DNA of 64,000 nt from a virus, in IMG/VR virus record IMGVR_UViG_3300029258_005088; one strand, 5' to 3'. The notes beneath the pieces are model-generated. The model was not told the DNA's origin. It worked only from the letters and a program-made list of their open reading frames with translations, and made no database searches. Made by a program: the position numbers and the translations under genes. This document shows, one piece after another, positions 54,809 through 63,752 of the stretch (positions within the stretch are counted from its first letter, which is position 1; every line of letters starts with the position of its first letter).

Positions 54809-57174
54809 CCTACCATGTTGTTCGGTGCTGGCATTGGAGTCGGGGACGCCATCGCCGGACCCGCCGCAGTGGGCTGCTGCAACGTAGCCGTTGGTTGTTG
54901 CGGGCTCTGATTCACGGCTGGGTTCTGTGCCGATGCCATCTGCTGAGCCTGTCCGACCTGTTCGTTCTGCATGTCCATGCGCTTGTTGTTCATGTCGATG
55001 CCTGCCTGTTGCCCGCTGAGATTCATCTCGGCTTGCTTCTTCTTGACGTCTGCATCTGCCTTGGACTGCTCTAGAGCGGCCTGCGCCTTCATCTCGGTGA
55101 CCTTGGCCTGATGCCTAAAAACTTCGGAGGGATCCGGTCCGGATTGTTGCTGAGGCTGTTCCGGAATCATGGCTCCGGGATCCTGTGGAAGGGCCGCATG
55201 CTTGTCGGTCAGGCACTCCCACCACATCGGAGTCTCGTTTCCGGAAAACTCTTTGAACATGTTGTTACTTTTCCTCGGAGCTTTCGGTGAAAATAGAGGG
55301 CTCGTTCGTGGCGAGGGAGTGGGAGTAGGATCTGGCTTGGAAAACTCCTGCCATTTCCTGTTCTCTTCCGGGGTCGACACAAGGCTGCGTGCCACGGCGT
55401 TTCCTTGTAGCGTGGCCCTATCCTGCAATGCCTTCGGAGCGGCGCCTGGATGGGCGGTTACCACGGGAGGTACCCCACCTGCCTTGGTCCTGGCCGCTGT
55501 TCGTTTTCTGAGCTTGTCGAGAACGCCTTGCGTGGTGTAGGGCTCGGAGGCATGCTTATCGGTCAAGCACTCCCACCACATCGGAGTATCGTCGCCGGCA
55601 AATTCTTTCCACTCATCGTTGTTGTCGGGTATAAGCTCTCTAACCATGGCCTCGCCTTCCTTTCTTGCTTTGTCCTGCACAGCCTTTGGAGCGGCTCCCT
55701 TATTCTTGGTCACCTTGGGAGGTTCGTATGTCCCCATACGACCATGCATCATGGCGTTTACACTGCCTGGTTGTTCCCTCTGTATCTTGTCCCGCATAAG
55801 TCTCTTTTTCGTCTGATCCGCGAGGAGAGCCTCCACACCGGGAAACGGCTTTCTGTCTTTCCACAGCTTTCTCAAACCAAGCTTGCGTGCGAGATTTCTC
55901 AACTCTTTCTCGTCTCGGTACTTCGGATGCCAGCCGGCGTATCTCTTGGAGAACGGCACTCTGGACTCATTGGGGTCATTACCGCTTGGAGTCTCGAACC
56001 ACCCCTCGTAAAACTTGTTCATCTCGTACGGATCCTGTCCGTAATAATACCGTCTGGCCCTCTCCATGGTGTCTCTGTATTCGTCGGACAACGCCACTAG
56101 ATCTTCCCATGAATTGGTGTTCCTGGCGGCTGTTTCGAAATCTGGAAGCTTACCTACCTTGGACTCTCCGAACAAGGAGAATCCCTCTCCGGTGAACGGC
56201 AGCCAGTTACGCTTGTCCCTGGAGTATTCGTATCCGGGAACGCCTCTTTCCGCATGCTCCACCGTATCGTTCAGGCGATTTTGTAGGAGCCTGAGCTTCT
56301 TGTCTACGGACTTGGTATTTCCCTTGCTTTTCCTGATCTTGGCCCTCTCAAGTTCCAATTCGGCCTTTCTCTTGACCAGGGCGGCTATGTCTTTCGTATA
56401 GGCGCCTTTGAGAGACGTGTTCATGTCGATTTCGTCCATGTCCTTACCAAAACCCGCCTTGGCGTTTTCAACCGTCTTGTCCACCCAGTTCTTCTCGGCT
56501 TCTCTGCGTGCCTTTCGAAGATATCCTCCGGCTTGTCTCTCCTCACCCTTTCTGTTGGTCGCGCTCGCGATCCGCTTCATCTCCGATACGGAGTTCATGT
56601 TGCCGATCTTCTGAGCTTCGGTCTCATTGGCGGAATTGTCGATATCCAAGACGTTTTGATAGTACATCTTCTTCTGCATGTCTATCCCTTTCGCCTCGCC
56701 TGCCGCCTTCGTGTTCTGGATGAACTCCTTGAACTTGCCCTTGGACCTGGCCTCGAACAGTGCTTCGTACGCCTTTGGGAGACCGATATCGAATACGTCC
56801 ATGACGAATGCCGCCAAACCACCGAGGAACGTTCCCATCAACGCTCCCTGAGCGCCACCCATGAGACCTCCGATCCCCGCTCCGAGAAGAGCGCCTGCAC
56901 CGCCGCTGAACCATTTTCTCTTGGTTTCGTCGGTCAGCATGCCGAGAAGCCAGTCCTTGTTGAGATCCGCGGCCGCCATGTCGAAATATTCCTGACGAAG
57001 CTGTGTGTACTGCTTCTTGAGCTCCGGGTGGTTCTGGGCGTAGACTCTGTACTCGTCGCCGACGAAGCCGGGAGATGCCGGAATGAACGCTCTCTGAAAC
57101 GCGTTTAGCTTCCCTGGAGCGGCAGTCTTGAAAAGGTATCCGTCTTCGTATGCTGTAAACCGTGATGCGTCCAT
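54805..57174 (-). CDS. Large leader-tagged protein with a TM hairpin, internal repeats and a Gln/Pro-rich tail
   Basis: MDASRFTAYEDGYLFKTA leader; GGAGALLGAGIGGLMGG hairpin; duplicated TPMWWECLTDKHA. Confidence 0.65.
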   Translation of the reverse strand: MDASRFTAYEDGYLFKTAAPGKLNAFQRAFIPASPGFVGDEYRVYAQNHPELKKQYTQLRQEYFDMAAADLNKDWLLGMLTDETKRKWFSGGAGALLGAGIGGLMGGAQGALMGTFLGGLAAFVMDVFDIGLPKAYEALFEARSKGKFKEFIQNTKAAGEAKGIDMQKKMYYQNVLDIDNSANETEAQKIGNMNSVSEMKRIASATNRKGEERQAGGYLRKARREAEKNWVDKTVENAKAGFGKDMDEIDMNTSLKGAYTKDIAALVKRKAELELERAKIRKSKGNTKSVDKKLRLLQNRLNDTVEHAERGVPGYEYSRDKRNWLPFTGEGFSLFGESKVGKLPDFETAARNTNSWEDLVALSDEYRDTMERARRYYYGQDPYEMNKFYEGWFETPSGNDPNESRVPFSKRYAGWHPKYRDEKELRNLARKLGLRKLWKDRKPFPGVEALLADQTKKRLMRDKIQREQPGSVNAMMHGRMGTYEPPKVTKNKGAAPKAVQDKARKEGEAMVRELIPDNNDEWKEFAGDDTPMWWECLTDKHASEPYTTQGVLDKLRKRTAARTKAGGVPPVVTAHPGAAPKALQDRATLQGNAVARSLVSTPEENRKWQEFSKPDPTPTPSPRTSPLFSPKAPRKSNNMFKEFSGNETPMWWECLTDKHAALPQDPGAMIPEQPQQQSGPDPSEVFRHQAKVTEMKAQAALEQSKADADVKKKQAEMNLSGQQAGIDMNNKRMDMQNEQVGQAQQMASAQNPAVNQSPQQPTATLQQPTAAGPAMASPTPMPAPNNMVG
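55196..55608. repeat. Internal direct repeat (55196-55254 and 55550-55608) encoding KEFxGxxTPMWWECLTDKHA
   Basis: Shared gcactcccaccacatcggagt core with similar flanks. Confidence 0.85.
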
Positions 57175-57183
57175 GGCTTTCTC

Positions 57184-59061
57184 CTATGCGGCTGGTAGTT
57201 GTCCCTGTCGGGCCATCTGCACGCCCTGGGTCTTCGCTTGCTGTTCAATCTGTGTAAGACGAGACTTTACCTGGGCATGGAGGGCCTCGTTCTGATTCTT
57301 TATGCTGACCAGCTGTCTTCTCCTGGTCAGCGGATCGGCGGTGACGAGCTGTTGCGCTATCTGATCCGCCTGTATCATAAGATCGTCGATGGTACCGCCC
57401 ATGGCTCCTCCTCCCACGGCCATGGGACCTCCCATAGGCATGCCGCCCGGAGGAGGTGCTGCGCCTACCGGAGCGCCGCCGGGCGTGGACGCATCTCCCT
57501 GCTGGGCCTGCATCTCCTGGTTCATGAGCATCTGCTCCCCAGGACCCGGAACGTTGGCCGCTTCCATGTTGGCCATGCGCTCGTTCATGCGCTTCTCGCG
57601 CTCCATCTGTTCCTCGAGCTTCTGCTCCTGCTCGTCGTCGTACTTCTTGCGTTCCTGTTCGGCGTTCATGCCGATCGGACGATACGCGGTGTCGTCGGAG
57701 ATCTTTCCGGCGGCGGCGAGTTCGAGCTTGATCTGGCGTACTTCCGGATCCTCGTACATCGAGACTTCCTTCAGCTTGGCATCGACGTCCTGCCAGTTCA
57801 GCAGATCACCCTGCTTGTTGACGAGCCAGGTAGCCCACTTGTTGAGCTGATTGGCGAACGTCTGCCAGGTGCGTTCGAACATCTTGAAGCCGATTACGGG
57901 ACCGGCCTTGGTGTTGAACTTGTCGAGGGAGGCTTTGTAGAATTCGGGCGGGATCCCCATGCTGTGAAGCAGGCGCAGCTCGAAGTGCTCGAGCACTTCC
58001 ACCGGGACGATGTCCTTGGCTTCGCCGCCCAGTACCTGGTACTCCAAGGGATTGGGCAGGAAGTTCCAGTCAGTGGGATTGGCACGATGGCGTCGAATCA
58101 TTCCCATGACCTGGCCAACGAATTGGCCCATGTTCAAGTTCATCATCGGATCGCCGGTACCCGTTGCCTGAGCAGGCGTCAGGACGCGGAACGGCATCAA
58201 GTACTCGACCAGGATGGTCTCCACGTACTTGTCCAGGAGCGTGACGAGAAGAGCGGTTTCGAAATCCGCCATGAACGGAGGAAGTCCCCAACCCTTGAGG
58301 TTCGGGAGACAACACGCCACGACGGGGAAAGCCATGTGGTAGAGCTCGTCCGGTGCGAACTCGAACTGCTTGTTCTGCTGAACCGCCGAGATGATTTCCC
58401 AGGGAGTGTCCTCGAGATAGAGTAGGTCGTTACCCATCACGCCGTCCCGCAAGGCATCGTACTGACTGAGATCGATGCTGTAGATGGTTCTCTGGCTGAG
58501 AGGGTGCTGCTTGATCATCATGAACTGCGGAGGCCAGCGAGTGATCTTCGGCTTCATGACTTCTTTCGGCAGGGGAATGTCCATGTGCTGCATCTGGCCG
58601 TTCCAGGCGCAAAGAGGACAGCTTCCGTTGAACACTCCCTGTTCAAGTCTAAAATGCCCGAGCCAATGCTTCAACGGCGCACGAAATCCGCAGCTACGGC
58701 ACACTAACTGGCGCTGGAACGGGCGATGCATGGAGGTAAAAGAGTTGCCGAAGGACATGTACTCGTCACCGACCGTGGCGAGATCCTCCAGCACGTCGAA
58801 ATTCTTGTTGATGGCGTCGATGTATTTCTTGCGATCGGAGAACTGCAGATCGTCCCCCTCGATATCCAGCTCCGTCATGAAGTATCTGACTGCCGTGGAG
58901 ATGGACTGAGAATACATCCCATGGTGCATCCAGAGCTCTTCCGCCCAGGCGAAGCATTCACGGATCGTACGTGGATAGACCCTCCTCGTAAGCTTTGAGA
59001 AGGGAGACGCCACTTCGCGATCCCAACGGACAAATGCATCTTGTATGCCTGATGCGGACAT
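57184..59061 (-). CDS. Portal protein
   Basis: 625 aa at the start of the head module. Portal-like pattern WGLPP...YLMPFRVL...LLHSMGIP...AAAGKISDDT, with a zinc-ribbon insert (CRSC...CPLC). Confidence 0.75.
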   Translation of the reverse strand: MSASGIQDAFVRWDREVASPFSKLTRRVYPRTIRECFAWAEELWMHHGMYSQSISTAVRYFMTELDIEGDDLQFSDRKKYIDAINKNFDVLEDLATVGDEYMSFGNSFTSMHRPFQRQLVCRSCGFRAPLKHWLGHFRLEQGVFNGSCPLCAWNGQMQHMDIPLPKEVMKPKITRWPPQFMMIKQHPLSQRTIYSIDLSQYDALRDGVMGNDLLYLEDTPWEIISAVQQNKQFEFAPDELYHMAFPVVACCLPNLKGWGLPPFMADFETALLVTLLDKYVETILVEYLMPFRVLTPAQATGTGDPMMNLNMGQFVGQVMGMIRRHRANPTDWNFLPNPLEYQVLGGEAKDIVPVEVLEHFELRLLHSMGIPPEFYKASLDKFNTKAGPVIGFKMFERTWQTFANQLNKWATWLVNKQGDLLNWQDVDAKLKEVSMYEDPEVRQIKLELAAAGKISDDTAYRPIGMNAEQERKKYDDEQEQKLEEQMEREKRMNERMANMEAANVPGPGEQMLMNQEMQAQQGDASTPGGAPVGAAPPPGGMPMGGPMAVGGGAMGGTIDDLMIQADQIAQQLVTADPLTRRRQLVSIKNQNEALHAQVKSRLTQIEQQAKTQGVQMARQGQLPAA

Positions 59062-59065
59062 AGGC

Positions 59066-60058
59066 TTAGCTCCTTACCATTACTTGGACACCGGTCTTGT
59101 AGAACGGAAGTTCGAATTCGACGCCAACAAAATATACGTCATACTCCTCTTTGTTACAACTCAGTTTGAAAGTCTCCTGCGAAGACGGGGGAGTGAATAT
59201 GTTGGAATCCTCTTCATAAATCAATATAACGAAATCATCGGTTATGTGCACGTATTTGTACATGCCGCGGGAAGTCCCGAACGATCCAGACAGTTTGACG
59301 CGTGTCGGCGGTACGTCGGAGGGGTCGTATCCGAGATCGTCGTCCGTATCCGCCGGCTCCGGTATGGATGGCCTAGCGGCTTCCTTTTCCTTGAACTGTT
59401 CCCACATCTGCATCATCTGACCGAACTGCTGCATATCCATGGCGCTGGGTCCTTGTGTCTGTGGAGGCGCCGCCTGTTGTACCGGAGACTGTGCGGCTTG
59501 CTGCGGGCTGTTCATCTGTTCCAGGATGTCTCCCAACTCGGCTTCCGCCTGAGCCTGTGCCTCGACGGCCGCTCTGGCCTGTTCCTTGTACTTCATGGCC
59601 TGTTCCTGTACGGCGAGATCCGCCGCTTCCTTCTCCTCTGCTGTACCTTCTCCGAGAAGATCGGGAAACGGGATCGCATCGTCTGCGAAGGCACTGGCCG
59701 GTGCCGAAGGCCTTTCGGTGGGTGGGGGTGGTGGTGCCATGGGCTGGGCTCCTCTTTTTTTCTTTACTGCGTCTCCAAGCCAGGTAGGTGTGAAGGGAAC
59801 TTCCTGAAGGCGTCCGTCGATAAGCTTCGTCTCGGTACCCATCACGATCTTGCCGAACGGGTTTCCGGATCCCTTGATTCCTCCGTTGGGAGAGGGTACC
59901 GGAACTAGCGTTCCTATGACGTCTCCCTGGTGATGGTTGAATCGATATGCCGCCGGGTCCTCGGCATCCATTATGGCGACCGCTTTGTGGGTGTCGTGCT
60001 TCAACATGCCGTTAGGCAGTTCGTTGGGAGCCGTCGTGAAGATCTGTTCACTGCTCAT
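59066..60058 (-). CDS. Hypothetical protein
   Basis: 330 aa; two globular ends joined by a Pro/Gln/Ala-rich linker. Confidence 0.6.
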   Translation of the reverse strand: MSSEQIFTTAPNELPNGMLKHDTHKAVAIMDAEDPAAYRFNHHQGDVIGTLVPVPSPNGGIKGSGNPFGKIVMGTETKLIDGRLQEVPFTPTWLGDAVKKKRGAQPMAPPPPPTERPSAPASAFADDAIPFPDLLGEGTAEEKEAADLAVQEQAMKYKEQARAAVEAQAQAEAELGDILEQMNSPQQAAQSPVQQAAPPQTQGPSAMDMQQFGQMMQMWEQFKEKEAARPSIPEPADTDDDLGYDPSDVPPTRVKLSGSFGTSRGMYKYVHITDDFVILIYEEDSNIFTPPSSQETFKLSCNKEEYDVYFVGVEFELPFYKTGVQVMVRS

Positions 60059-60389
60059 CGGGTTCCTCCAAGCTGGTAGTCTGTGCTGCTACCTTCTGTT
60101 TCAACGCGGCGACCTCTTGCTCCTTTTCCGACAAGCCCTGCTGGAGTTCTTCCTCGGTGTACGCCTTGGGCGGGGGTACGGGCTTGAGGTAAGCGGCCAT
60201 TGCGAGTGCCTTGTCCTTGTAGAGATGCTGCAAGATGGCGGCCAGTACTGGGCGGGTGACTGGCTGCATGCTTTCGAGATTGCCTTCGCCGTCGAACAGA
60301 TAATGATACCTTCCGACGATTACCGACGCTCCGTCCGGACGCTTGTAGCAGATCGGATCTCCGGTCCACATGATTTTTGTTTCGGACAT
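60048..60389 (-). CDS. Small hypothetical protein
   Basis: ATG 60389 (ORF track uses TTG 60395); C-terminal coiled coil. Confidence 0.55.
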   Translation of the reverse strand: MSETKIMWTGDPICYKRPDGASVIVGRYHYLFDGEGNLESMQPVTRPVLAAILQHLYKDKALAMAAYLKPVPPPKAYTEEELQQGLSEKEQEVAALKQKVAAQTTSLEEPDEQ

Positions 60390-60397
60390 AATCAAAT

Positions 60398-60417
60398 ACT
60401 GAATACGCGTATTCAGT
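60398..60417. repeat. 20-bp perfect palindrome containing TGAATACGCGTATTCA (copy 3)
   Basis: ACTGAATACGCGTATTCAGT, overlapping the stop codon of the desulfurase-like gene. Confidence 0.95.
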
Positions 60418-61537
60418 TTCCTAAGTTATGACTCCGGAACATCTCGACCGCGGCTTTCACCTTCAGGTAAGCTTCCTCGATGTCCTTCGTCGTGTTGTGT
60501 ACTGACAGGCTGAATCTGAGATTCCTGAAGGGTTCCTCGCCCAGCGCAGTCGTCAAGGGGGTCTGCATCGTGGTCATCGATACCGTGGCACAAGATTCCG
60601 ACACCCGAAGCCCTTGCTTGGCCAATACCATGCAGAGCATCCTGCTGTCTACGTCTCGTATACGATAGTTTGACGTGTTGCAGACCAGAGCCTTGTCTTC
60701 GAAATTAAGGCTTATTCCATCAATATTCAAGAGCATCTCATCCAACCGTGCCCTCATATCCGACAATTGCTCGAAGTCCATGTCTATTCTCTGCGTGCTC
60801 CTGCCGAGAGCGATTCCCATGGCCACGATGCCGACTTCGTTCAGGGAGCCTCCTCGTATGCCGCTCTGAGACCAGGTTCCGGGCATCAACGAATCCAGAC
60901 GACTTGGATCGCGTATCCACAGAGCGCCCGCTCCGGGCAGCGCACCGATCTTGGCTCCCGATATTCCCACGGCATCTACGTGCTCGGGGATGTCGTCCAG
61001 GCGCATGCGTGTACATGCCTGAGAGGCGTCGACGTACACGAACACGTCCTTGTCGATCATCTTTACGAGACGGGCCAACGCTCCCACCGGAGATATGATC
61101 CCGTACTCCCCGTTGACCAAGGTGAGATGCACGGCGGCTATCTCGGAGTCTGCCATCAGCAGTTGTCTAAGATCCTCCGCATGGACGTACGCATGATCGT
61201 CCAGTCCGAGGACCTCGACGTCGGGCTGCATGAGCATACACATCGGATCCAGAACGCTGGCGACTATCTTGCGCCTCTCCGCGTACCTGACACCCGCTGA
61301 TATCAGGAATGCGTTCTCCGTACCTCCGGACGTGAACACGATTTCTCCGTCCGAGCCAAGCACCGTACGAACGACGTCTCTGACGTTCTCCACGGCCTTG
61401 CAACAATCCCCTCCGGCCGCCATGGTCTCCGCTGCCTTGCGGCGGACTATGGGAAGAGGGGGCATTATCGAGTTGTTGTCCATCCAGATCTCTCCGCGAT
61501 GACAACCTCCGGAACAACTGTTTCCCTTACAAGCCAC
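60413..61537 (-). CDS. Cysteine desulfurase-like class V PLP enzyme (IscS/NifS family)
   Basis: WMDNNS, IVFTSGGTE, VDASQA, ISGAKIG (PLP lysine), RGGSLN, LRFSLS. The catalytic loop is divergent (VSESCA). Confidence 0.8.
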   Translation of the reverse strand: MACKGNSCSGGCHRGEIWMDNNSIMPPLPIVRRKAAETMAAGGDCCKAVENVRDVVRTVLGSDGEIVFTSGGTENAFLISAGVRYAERRKIVASVLDPMCMLMQPDVEVLGLDDHAYVHAEDLRQLLMADSEIAAVHLTLVNGEYGIISPVGALARLVKMIDKDVFVYVDASQACTRMRLDDIPEHVDAVGISGAKIGALPGAGALWIRDPSRLDSLMPGTWSQSGIRGGSLNEVGIVAMGIALGRSTQRIDMDFEQLSDMRARLDEMLLNIDGISLNFEDKALVCNTSNYRIRDVDSRMLCMVLAKQGLRVSESCATVSMTTMQTPLTTALGEEPFRNLRFSLSVHNTTKDIEEAYLKVKAAVEMFRSHNLGN

Positions 61538-61546
61538 TGGGAATAC

Positions 61547-63088
61547 CTATTTTGGGAGTTCCACCAGCTCGATCGGCATCTTCTCGAACTTGTTCCACGA
61601 TCCTCGCCAGACACCATCACGACCCAGCTCCAGAGCGCATACCGGATCGTCCAGAGTGGAGCCTATCTTGAGAAGGACCTTCTTGTCCTCGACGAATATT
61701 CCCCAGACCTTTTCCAATCCGGCGTTGCCGTCTCCGATCTGGTTGTTGGCGCGGAACTCGAGTACGCGCTTGTCGTAGCCGACTCGTATGTAGATGAACC
61801 GCTTGTTCTCCAGGGAGTGGTTGTAAGTCGTCGTGCTTCCAGGAGCCACGGGGACGGGCATCGAGGTGGTCGCTCCCTTGGCGGCGCCTACCGGGGTGAG
61901 AACGACGGGCATCTGCTCGAAATCGATCCATTTCCCTTTCAGGACTCCGCCATCCGGACTCTCGTAGTCGGCGTGGAACGTCGGCCTGCTGCCTCCCATA
62001 ACGGACAACCGCACGGGATCCTCCTCTATGCACCAGTGCGTCTCCATGGAGTCGCGGCCTCTGCCGATCTGCCCGTCCGGCAGGAACTCCAGCTCTCGCT
62101 TGTTCGGATCGCCGACGCGCTCGTACATGAACGTACCCTGCTGGACGATCTTCTTGAACATCTCCTTGCCGGCATCGGTCTTCGGAGCCTCGAGCTTGAC
62201 GACCGCATTCCACTTGGACCGTAGGTCCCTGACGTAGGTGAAGCACTCGTCCTCTCGCTCGAACCCACGGATCTTGGCGTTGCCCTCGAACTTGAACTTG
62301 TCCATGTTCCTGTGCTGGAATATCCGGCGGCCGTTGAAGTCGTGCTGACACATCGTGGCCCTGAGCCCGTGTATGGGCTTGGAAGGCATGGAGTAGGGCG
62401 TATTCAGCATGTGCCAAGCCATGTGGAACGTATCCTTGTCTCCGTGTATGTACTTGTAGTAGAACTCACTGTGTTCGTTGAGATGCATAGTCAGATTGAT
62501 CTCTCTCCAGCACTCTTCCTTGTCGATGATGATCTGCCCGGACTCGAACTCCGGCTCGTCTCTGTAGTCCAGACGACAGATCTCCCAGATCTTGCGATCG
62601 GCCTTGAGCCTGCCGTAGTCAGGCCAGAAGATGGACTTGGTTGCTTGGTACTGCGGAGTATCGAACAAGACCTCGGGATTGATCAGAGGTACGTTGTCGG
62701 CATCCAGGAAGATCACTTCCTTGAACCTGGAGTGGATGATGCTGTAGGGGTTGAGCTCCCATCCCCCGAGCTTCCTCACCGGATACTTCTTGTTTACCTC
62801 GTAGGCATCTATGCAGGTAACGCCCAGTGGCTCGACGAGGTTCCGCATGGTATCGTCCATCTCCCGAGGACCGAGGTGCCAGAACTCTATGGGCAGTTCG
62901 CATCCGTTCTTCCGTAGCATATGAACACATACCCAGGCAGGTATGAAATACTTGGGGCCCCCAGCGCATATCACCACGCCCCTGCCTTCGTATCTCTCCG
63001 CGGGATACTCCGGGATGTTTTCGATGTAGGTGTCCTGTAGCTTGTGGTATTGCTCCAGTTCCCCTTGCTGATAGGCTCTCTCCGCCAT
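61547..63088 (-). CDS. GT71-like (Mnn-type) alpha-mannosyltransferase with a duplicated C-terminal domain
   Basis: GRGVVICAGG, LPIEFW, FKEVIFLDADN, FESGQIIIDK, HGDKDTF. Start 63088 (ORF track uses 63151). Confidence 0.8.
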   Translation of the reverse strand: MAERAYQQGELEQYHKLQDTYIENIPEYPAERYEGRGVVICAGGPKYFIPAWVCVHMLRKNGCELPIEFWHLGPREMDDTMRNLVEPLGVTCIDAYEVNKKYPVRKLGGWELNPYSIIHSRFKEVIFLDADNVPLINPEVLFDTPQYQATKSIFWPDYGRLKADRKIWEICRLDYRDEPEFESGQIIIDKEECWREINLTMHLNEHSEFYYKYIHGDKDTFHMAWHMLNTPYSMPSKPIHGLRATMCQHDFNGRRIFQHRNMDKFKFEGNAKIRGFEREDECFTYVRDLRSKWNAVVKLEAPKTDAGKEMFKKIVQQGTFMYERVGDPNKRELEFLPDGQIGRGRDSMETHWCIEEDPVRLSVMGGSRPTFHADYESPDGGVLKGKWIDFEQMPVVLTPVGAAKGATTSMPVPVAPGSTTTYNHSLENKRFIYIRVGYDKRVLEFRANNQIGDGNAGLEKVWGIFVEDKKVLLKIGSTLDDPVCALELGRDGVWRGSWNKFEKMPIELVELPK

Positions 63089-63113
63089 TTTCCGACCTCT
63101 TAGTATATGGTTG

Positions 63114-63752
63114 TTACTTGTTTCTGGTATAAATGTTGTCGGTCTCGCCACGGAAATACTCCACGTAACCGTTGTCCGCCATCCACTGCTCTATCGAGCT
63201 CGTGAACGGATTCTCGTATCCGAATTTTCCTCGCATCTCCAGTCCTATGACCTTTGGTCTGGACACCATTCCAAGGAGGACTCCCCACTCGCCGCCTTCC
63301 GTATCTACGGCAAGCACCTCTATGCCTCCGTCATCGAACTCGGACAAGGGAGCGATCTCTACGCGTATGTCGTCCATCTCCTCTTTGCGGCCGGCGGCCT
63401 CCCTTGCATGGTATGGGCTGCGGACTCCCTGCAGAAACGCCGAAGACCCCGCATTGGGGCAGTTTCTCCGGGCAACGGGGACCTGTAGAATGGCTTGGCC
63501 GTACTCCTCTCCTATGGCTACCTCGTTTATCTCTACGTTCTTGGCCTCTCGAAATGCCGCACGGAGCTTCGACACGCACTCGGGATTCGGCTCGAACAGC
63601 TGAACTCTGCACTTGTCGTCGAACAGGAACGGCAGCACCTGAAGATGCCCTGGATTGAACGTTCCGACTTCGGCTACGTGAGAGGGACGACCAAGTATCT
63701 CCATTGCCGCATAGGCCAAGTCCCTGTCTTCCGTGAAATTGATGTCTATCAT
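63114..63752 (-). CDS. FkbM-family SAM-dependent methyltransferase
   Basis: Start reassigned to ATG 63752 (GAGGAAGG RBS, ATGA overlap). VAEVGTF, VQLFEPNP, INEVAIG, VLAVDTEGGEW. Confidence 0.8.
   Translation of the reverse strand: MIDINFTEDRDLAYAAMEILGRPSHVAEVGTFNPGHLQVLPFLFDDKCRVQLFEPNPECVSKLRAAFREAKNVEINEVAIGEEYGQAILQVPVARRNCPNAGSSAFLQGVRSPYHAREAAGRKEEMDDIRVEIAPLSEFDDGGIEVLAVDTEGGEWGVLLGMVSRPKVIGLEMRGKFGYENPFTSSIEQWMADNGYVEYFRGETDNIYTRNK

Noticed and set aside
15043-60417. CRISPR repeats, REP elements or terminators as the explanation for the 16-bp palindromes
   Set aside because: The copies are isolated and tens of kb apart with no spacers. Two are in coding sequence and lack U-tracts; only copy 3 could double as an RNA hairpin.
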